64,000 nt of DNA from Minisyncoccota bacterium (GTDB lineage: Bacteria > Patescibacteriota > Minisyncoccia > Phycocordibacterales > UBA6065), in the NCBI GenBank assembly GCA_035546035.1, contig DASZXC010000003.1:479-64478 (forward strand). The letters are read 5' to 3'. Positions 58,264 to 64,000 of the stretch are shown here, one piece after another. The notes under the pieces are model-generated. The model did no database searches and was not told where the DNA came from. It saw only the letters and a program-made list of their open reading frames with translations. The translations under genes and the position numbers were made by a program. The first letter of the stretch is position 1, and the number at the start of each line of letters is the position of its first letter.

Positions 58264-61125
58264 ATGAACATCTTCATCACCAAGAGAGACGGCACGAAGC
58301 ATCTCTTCAACGCAGACAAGATCAACCGTTCGATCGAGCGCGCCGCTACAGGTCTCTCCGATCCGATATCGATGGTGACCCAGATCGCGACTGATACGCG
58401 CCTCACCATGTATGATGGCATGACTACCGAGGAATTGGACAAAGCCACTATCAACGCGGCCATCCAGAACATCCAGTACGACACCGATTTCGACAAAGTA
58501 GCGACTCGTCTCTTGCTCAAGACCGTATATAAGAAGGTCTTAGGCGACTATGACACCGAAAACGCATCTGAATTGATGGAAAAGCACCGCTCCGGCTTTC
58601 CGGAGTACGTGAAAAAAGGCGTGGCGGAGAATCGCCTCCACCCTGACATGATCGCGAAGTACGATCTCGAGAAGCTTGCCGCCGCTCTCGACATGTCGCG
58701 CGACGATCTCTTCCTCTATTCGGGCCTCGACGGTCTCATGAACCGCTACTCGATCAGGAATCTCAAGCAGGAGCCGACCGAGACCCCGCAGTATCTCTTC
58801 ATGCGCATCGGCATGGGTCTTGCTTATAACGAGGAGAACCCGACCGAATGGGCGATCAAGTTCTATGACAAGATGTCGAAGCACGAATTCATCGCCGGCG
58901 GTTCGACGAACGTTGCCGCGGGCACGAATCGCCCTTCGCTCGCGAATTGCTTCCTCCTCGAGATCCACGACGATATGTCGCATATCGCGAAGTCGGTCGC
59001 CGATGTCATGCTCCTCTCGAAAGGCTCCGGCGGCATCGGCGCGTCGATCACCAAGCTCCGCGCGTCGGGCTCGCCGCTCAAATCCAATTTCGGCGGAGCG
59101 TCTACCGGCCCGACGCCGTTCGCCAAGATCATTGATACCGCCATCCGCGCTATCCAGCGCGGCGGTAAGAAAAAGGGCGCTCTCTGTTTCTATATGGAGA
59201 ACTGGCACCTCGATTTCCCTGATTTCATAGACTGGAAGCACAATGCCGGCGACGACTATCTCCGTATGAGGACGGCCAATACGGCGGCTTTCTTGAGCGA
59301 CGAATTCATGAAGCGCGTCATTTCGGGCCAGGACTGGTATATGTTTGACCCTGCCGACGCCCCTGAATTGAACGAGCTCTACGGCGCGGCTTTCTCGGCT
59401 AAATATAAAGAATATTGCGCAAAAGCCGAGAGGGGAGAGCTCCGCATCTGGAAGAAGGTTCCTGCATCCGAGCAGTGGCGCCAGATACTGACATCTCTTC
59501 AGTCTACGTCGCACCCATGGATCACGTGGAAGGACCCTATCAACCTCCGCGCTTTGAATAACAACACCGGCACGATCCATATGTCGAACCTCTGCACGGA
59601 GATCTGCCTCCCGCAGGACAAAGACAACGTCGCCGTCTGTAACCTCATCTCCGTCAACCTCGCCGTTCACGTATCGAATAAGGAAGTCAATTGGGCGAAG
59701 CTCGAAGACTCTGTCCGCCTCGCCGTTCGCCAGCTCGACAACCTCATAGACATCAACAAGCTTCCGATCCCTGAAGCCGTCCGATCGGACAAAGAGAACC
59801 GCGCCATCGGCCTCGGCGTCATGGGTCTCGCCGACGTATTCGAGAAGCTTGGCCTCTCGTACGATTCCGAGCACGCATGGGATTTCGCCGACCGCATATT
59901 CGAATTCGTCTCATACATGGCTATAGACGAATCGACGAACCTTGCCCAAACGCGCGGCGCGTACAACAATTTCGCCGGCTCGCGATGGGCGCAGGGCATG
60001 GTGCCCGTGGACACTATTAGGGCTCTCGAAGAGGACCGCGGCCGACCGGTGACCGTGTCGAAAGAATCTCGACACAAGGGCCTCAACTGGGACCTCCTCC
60101 GACAGAAAGTTAAGCGCGGTATGCGAAACGCGACCCTCATGGCCGTCGCTCCGAATGCGAACATCGGCCTCGTCGCTGGCACGACGCCCGGCATGGACCC
60201 TCGCTTCGCGCAGGTATTCTCGCGCAATAAGATATCGGGCAAGTACATGGATATCAACCATAACCTCGTGAAGGACCTCAAGAACATGGGCATATGGGAG
60301 AAGGTCCGCAGCCAGATCATCGAAAGCCAGGGCGACATCGCCAACATCGACGGCATCCCGCAGCACATCAAAGACGTATATAAGACTTCGTTCACCACGT
60401 CGCCGCTCGCATTCATCGAAGTCGCCGCTCGCGCGCAGAAGTGGATAGACCAGGCTATCTCGCGAAACATGTATCTCGAGACCCGCGACGTTGAAGAGAC
60501 GATGAAGATATATACCGCCGCATGGGAGAAGGGAGTGAAGACCACCTATTATCTCCATATGAAGCCGCGCCATACGGCAGAGCAATCCACGGTCCGCGTG
60601 AATAAGGCCGAAGTCATGGGCAAGAAAGGCTTTGCCGCCGTCGCCTCGACGCTCTCGTCTACCGTTGCCGACAAGAAAGCCCCGTTCGAGGCCCCTCTCC
60701 AGAAATCTCTCGAAATAGTCGAGCCGGCCCCCCTTCGCACGGCAGAGCCTGTCGTCGTCATGGCTCCGCCTGCCCCGAAGGCGGCGGTGTCGTGGAGCCT
60801 TCCGAAGGCAGAGCCAGCTGCTCCGATGGCCGCTCCGGTATCGTTCGCCGCTCCGAAGCAGGTCTCGTTCGCGGCCGCTCCCGTAGCTCCGGCTCCGGCC
60901 GCCAGGGCCGAGAAGGCGGCAGAGGCCGTTTCTGCGCCCGAAACGCCCCGCGCCGCGGCCCAAGGCTACCGATCTCTCTCCGACCTTGCGGCTGCCATGC
61001 CGGCCGCTCAAGGCGAGGAGGGCTCTTCCGCAAAGGCCGCGCTGTCCTTCAAGATCGTGAATGGCCGCAGAATCTTTGCTCCTTCCGATCCTTCGGAAGA
61101 GAATCTCTGCGACAGCTGCCAGTAG
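58264..61125 (+). CDS. nrdA: Ribonucleoside-diphosphate reductase class I alpha subunit with ATP cone
   Basis: ITKRDG ATP cone, ANCF, SNLCTEI, VCNL, AP..N, KTTYYL, C-terminal CDSCQ. Confidence 0.97.
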   Translation: MNIFITKRDGTKHLFNADKINRSIERAATGLSDPISMVTQIATDTRLTMYDGMTTEELDKATINAAIQNIQYDTDFDKVATRLLLKTVYKKVLGDYDTENASELMEKHRSGFPEYVKKGVAENRLHPDMIAKYDLEKLAAALDMSRDDLFLYSGLDGLMNRYSIRNLKQEPTETPQYLFMRIGMGLAYNEENPTEWAIKFYDKMSKHEFIAGGSTNVAAGTNRPSLANCFLLEIHDDMSHIAKSVADVMLLSKGSGGIGASITKLRASGSPLKSNFGGASTGPTPFAKIIDTAIRAIQRGGKKKGALCFYMENWHLDFPDFIDWKHNAGDDYLRMRTANTAAFLSDEFMKRVISGQDWYMFDPADAPELNELYGAAFSAKYKEYCAKAERGELRIWKKVPASEQWRQILTSLQSTSHPWITWKDPINLRALNNNTGTIHMSNLCTEICLPQDKDNVAVCNLISVNLAVHVSNKEVNWAKLEDSVRLAVRQLDNLIDINKLPIPEAVRSDKENRAIGLGVMGLADVFEKLGLSYDSEHAWDFADRIFEFVSYMAIDESTNLAQTRGAYNNFAGSRWAQGMVPVDTIRALEEDRGRPVTVSKESRHKGLNWDLLRQKVKRGMRNATLMAVAPNANIGLVAGTTPGMDPRFAQVFSRNKISGKYMDINHNLVKDLKNMGIWEKVRSQIIESQGDIANIDGIPQHIKDVYKTSFTTSPLAFIEVAARAQKWIDQAISRNMYLETRDVEETMKIYTAAWEKGVKTTYYLHMKPRHTAEQSTVRVNKAEVMGKKGFAAVASTLSSTVADKKAPFEAPLQKSLEIVEPAPLRTAEPVVVMAPPAPKAAVSWSLPKAEPAAPMAAPVSFAAPKQVSFAAAPVAPAPAARAEKAAEAVSAPETPRAAAQGYRSLSDLAAAMPAAQGEEGSSAKAALSFKIVNGRRIFAPSDPSEENLCDSCQ

Positions 61126-61134
61126 CCGGTCCGT

Positions 61135-61228
61135 AAAAGCCCTTTTCCAAACGCACGCGGTTTCTTTGCTAAGAAATTGCTCGTGTTCGTGCCAGTCGCG
61201 CTCGCATGGCGTTTGGAAAAGGGCTTTT
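61135..61228. repeat. 94-bp element with 20-bp perfect terminal inverted repeats between nrdA and nrdB
   Basis: aaaagcccttttccaaacgc ... gcgtttggaaaagggctttt, with an internal hairpin. Confidence 0.8.
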
Positions 61229-61297
61229 GCTTCCCTTACGAGGAGTCCTGGTTTATTATTAGGCCCGTCAATTAGATTCCCTTAATCACTTACCATC

Positions 61298-62281
61298 ATG
61301 GCACTTATCGGAAAAGCATCGCCGGAGGACGTGAACCTGCATCCGCTCCGCTACAAATGGGCGTACGACCTCTATAACCAGGCAGTCCGTAACACCTGGT
61401 TCCCGCACGAGATAGCTCTTAAGGAAGACCTCGACGACTGGGCGAAGATGACCGAAGACGAGAGGCATGCAGTCAAATTCCTCATGGCGTTCTTCAACCC
61501 TGCGGAACTGATCGTGAATCGCTCGATCGCTCTCGGCATCTATCCCTACCTCAAGTCTCCTGAATGCCATCTTTATCTGGCAAAGCAGATGTGGGAGGAG
61601 GCGAACCACTGCGTGGCGTTCGAGTACGTGCTCGAAACGTTCCCGTTCGATAGGGAGAAAATCTACAACGTCCATCTCGAAGTGCCTTCGATGCAGGCGA
61701 AAGAAGCCTTCATCACCAAGTATATGAAGCGTATGATGGACGAGACGCTCGATATCTCGACGCCTGACGGCAAGAAAGACTTCATCAGGAACCTCGTCGC
61801 GACGAATATCGTGATGGAAGGCATCTGGTTCTATTCAGGCTTTATGGTGGCACTGTCATTTAGGCAGAGAAACCAGCTCCGAAACTTCGGCTCTATGATC
61901 AACTGGGTCATCCGCGACGAATCGCTGCACCTCAAGTTCGGCATGAACCTCGTGCATCATATCCTCGAAGAGAACGCCGAGCTTTTGACCGAGGAATTCG
62001 CGACCGAGATCCGCGACATCATCATCGAAGGCGTGAACCTCGAAGTCAATTACAACAAGGATCTCTTCCCGAACGGCATCCTCGGCCTCAACGCCGACTA
62101 CGTGAACCAGTACGTCATGTACGTCTGCGACCGGCGCCTCGAAGAGCTCGGCTTGCCGAAGTATTACAACGCTACGAACCCTGCCAAGTGGATGGCGACG
62201 TCGACCGACGTATTCGAGCTCGTGAACTTCTTCGAAGCTCAGAACACGAACTACGAAGTGGACTCGGGGCACAAGAAATAG
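61298..62281 (+). CDS. nrdB: Ribonucleotide reductase beta subunit, class Ic-like (Mn/Fe)
   Basis: W.P.E, FFNPAE, EEANHCVAF, EGIWFYSGF, RDESLH, NFFE...Y. Confidence 0.95.
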   Translation: MALIGKASPEDVNLHPLRYKWAYDLYNQAVRNTWFPHEIALKEDLDDWAKMTEDERHAVKFLMAFFNPAELIVNRSIALGIYPYLKSPECHLYLAKQMWEEANHCVAFEYVLETFPFDREKIYNVHLEVPSMQAKEAFITKYMKRMMDETLDISTPDGKKDFIRNLVATNIVMEGIWFYSGFMVALSFRQRNQLRNFGSMINWVIRDESLHLKFGMNLVHHILEENAELLTEEFATEIRDIIIEGVNLEVNYNKDLFPNGILGLNADYVNQYVMYVCDRRLEELGLPKYYNATNPAKWMATSTDVFELVNFFEAQNTNYEVDSGHKK

Positions 62282-62305
62282 GGCGGAGCTCGATACGAGC
62301 AAAAG

Positions 62306-62333
62306 AAAAATCCCGCCTGTAGGCGGGATTTTC
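62306..62333. terminator. Bidirectional terminator between nrdB and rnpB
   Basis: aaaatcccgcc-tgta-ggcgggatttt. Confidence 0.8.
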
Positions 62334-62340
62334 CATGCTG

Positions 62341-62626
62341 CTGTACCTATAAGCCGAATTCTGTTGTCGACGGCCATTTATCTGGGACCGATGTCGCCAT
62401 CGGCCTCAAGCGGCTCTCCGGTCTTGCGACCGGCGCGGCCTTGCACATAGGTAAGAATTTTGCCGTTTCACCCCGGCCAGTCTATTCGACCGGCCGGACT
62501 CGTCTCTGTTCGCATCTCTAGGATTACTCCCGGCGGGCGTTACCCGCTACCGTGCTCCGCCTTGCGACGGATGTGTTCGGACTTTCCTCTAGGATGCCTA
62601 AGCCCCCTAGCGGCCGTCCGGTACAG
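62341..62626 (-). ncRNA. rnpB: RNase P RNA (compact, ~286 nt)
   Basis: Minus strand: P1 CTGTACC/GGTACAG, GAGGAAAGTCC, GGGTGAAACGG, AACAGAATTCGGCTTA. Confidence 0.95.
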
Positions 62627-62634
62627 GCCAACAA

Positions 62635-62663
62635 ATTATACACTGATTATGCCCAAAAGCCAA
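62635..62663 (-). promoter_or_regulatory. rnpB promoter
   Basis: TTGGCT-N17-TATAAT on the minus strand. Confidence 0.7.
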
Positions 62664-62774
62664 GCCCTGTAAGCGTTGTAGGGCAGAAAGCGATTTTATA
62701 TAATGAACCTCGCATCAAAGGCTTTTCGGCCGTTTTGCCGGCATTATCCGATCATTTTCATTGAGACAAAGACT

Positions 62775-64000
62775 ATGACACCGACCGCTTCATCGAAGCT
62801 CGACAGGGTAGCGTTCTACGCGCTTCAGGCGACGCTTTTCTTCGCTCCGCTCTTCTTTATCCCCTCGATCTCCGTCCCTCTCCAAACTGGCAAATCGGCG
62901 GTCATCCTTTTCGGCATAACGGCGGCGCTCGTCGTCTGGCTCATCGCTCGATTGAAAGACGGATCGTTCTCGTGGCCGAAGACCTGGCTCTATGCCGGCG
63001 CGGGCATCCTCGGCCTCGTCTACACGGTCTCGGCTCTCGCATCGGCTAATCAGGCGTCGTCGCTTGCCGGCACATCGTTCGAGCTCGGCACTCTCGCATT
63101 CTTCCTGCCGTCCCTTTTCCTCTTCGTCCTCATCTCTCTGGTCACGAAGTCGGAAAAGCAGGTCTTCTATTCGTATATGACGCTCTTCGTAGCGTTTCTC
63201 GTCGCCGGGCTGTTCCATGCCGTCCGCTTCATCGGCGGCGCCGATGTTCTCTCGTTCGGTGTCTTCACCGACGTTACGGCGAACTTCATAGGCAAGTGGA
63301 ACGATGTCGGCATATTCTTCGGCCTCGGCGCCGTCCTTTCGCTCATAACGCTTGAAAGGACGGCGCTCTCGCGCCTGCTTAAGATCCTGGTCTATGCCGT
63401 CTTCGTGCTCTCGCTCGTCATGCTCGTCGTGGTCAACTTCTCGCCGGTCTGGGTCGCTCTCGCGGCGCTCTCACTCGTGTTCTTCATATACGAGCTTTCT
63501 TACGGTAAGCGATCTGACGGCGCCTCGCGGGGCAATATCGGCGCGCGCATCCCGTATCACGCTCTTATCACGCTCGTCATCGCGGTCATATTCATCTTCT
63601 TCGGCGGCAGGATAAGTTCGCTCATCGCGAATACCCTCGGCACGTCGCAGGTAGAAGTGCGTCCGTCGTGGTCGGCGACCTTGGATATCACCGAATCTGC
63701 TCTCAAAGATAATCCCGTCCTCGGCACCGGCCCCAATCGATTCGCTTCGGAATGGCTCATGAACAAGCCTGTCGGCATCAACGGCACGCTCTTCTGGAAC
63801 ACCGATTTCAACTACGGCATCGGATTCATACCGAGCCTGGCGACGACGACCGGCATACTCGGCATCCTCGCAGCGCTCTTCTTCGTCGGCCTCTTCGTCT
63901 GGACGGCGATAAAAGCGCTCCTCAAAGAAGGAACCTCTCCGTTCTCGCGCTATCTCGTCCTCTCGTCCTTGTTCGCGAGCGCGTATCTTTGGGTCTTCTC
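62775..64000 (+). CDS. O-antigen-ligase-like polytopic membrane protein (partial, runs off the window; not in ORF track)
   Basis: Open frame from ATG 62775: MTPTASSKLDRVAF..., many TMs, GKWND, EVRPSW, PVLGTGPNRF. Confidence 0.85.
   Translation, partial: MTPTASSKLDRVAFYALQATLFFAPLFFIPSISVPLQTGKSAVILFGITAALVVWLIARLKDGSFSWPKTWLYAGAGILGLVYTVSALASANQASSLAGTSFELGTLAFFLPSLFLFVLISLVTKSEKQVFYSYMTLFVAFLVAGLFHAVRFIGGADVLSFGVFTDVTANFIGKWNDVGIFFGLGAVLSLITLERTALSRLLKILVYAVFVLSLVMLVVVNFSPVWVALAALSLVFFIYELSYGKRSDGASRGNIGARIPYHALITLVIAVIFIFFGGRISSLIANTLGTSQVEVRPSWSATLDITESALKDNPVLGTGPNRFASEWLMNKPVGINGTLFWNTDFNYGIGFIPSLATTTGILGILAALFFVGLFVWTAIKALLKEGTSPFSRYLVLSSLFASAYLWVF

Noticed and set aside
60560-61100. 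Intein or intron in nrdA
   Set aside because: Low-complexity Pro/Ala sequence with no Cys/Ser...His-Asn splice motifs or endonuclease, and the frame is intact

Overview
GC-rich bacterial chromosome segment. Gene content and style suggest Patescibacteria/CPR, Parcubacteria-like (inference from the stand-alone type IV coupling ATPase, compact RNase P RNA, O-antigen-ligase/TPR proteins and starts without Shine-Dalgarno sites). Four parts. (1) 0.6-2.2 kb: tRNA-Ile and pyk. (2) 2.2-9.2 kb: an unusual amino-acid/peptide-ligation cluster with a fold-II PLP enzyme, a 54-aa LysW-like carrier missed by the ORF track that ends in DEGK instead of EDWGE, an Mpl-like Mur ligase, rlmH, an ATE1/Bpt-like aminoacyl-tRNA transferase, an orphan MraY with an insertion, a cytoplasmic NlpC/P60 peptidase and an ATP-grasp ligase. 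This is the best candidate for an undescribed system. (3) 14-46 kb: a ~32 kb surface-glycan locus with many glycosyltransferases, about 8 methyltransferase-like genes, a split transketolase, asnB, wzm/wzt, an excisionase/BldC-like regulator with direct repeats over its promoter, and an O-antigen ligase-TPR protein. (4) 46-64 kb: housekeeping genes murB, secA, gpmI, eno, obgE, gatB, nrdAB (class Ic signature) and rnpB. About ten genes appear to be transcribed as leaderless mRNAs. No CRISPR array, rRNA, transposase or prophage was seen. All calls are by eye from motifs; no database searches were run.
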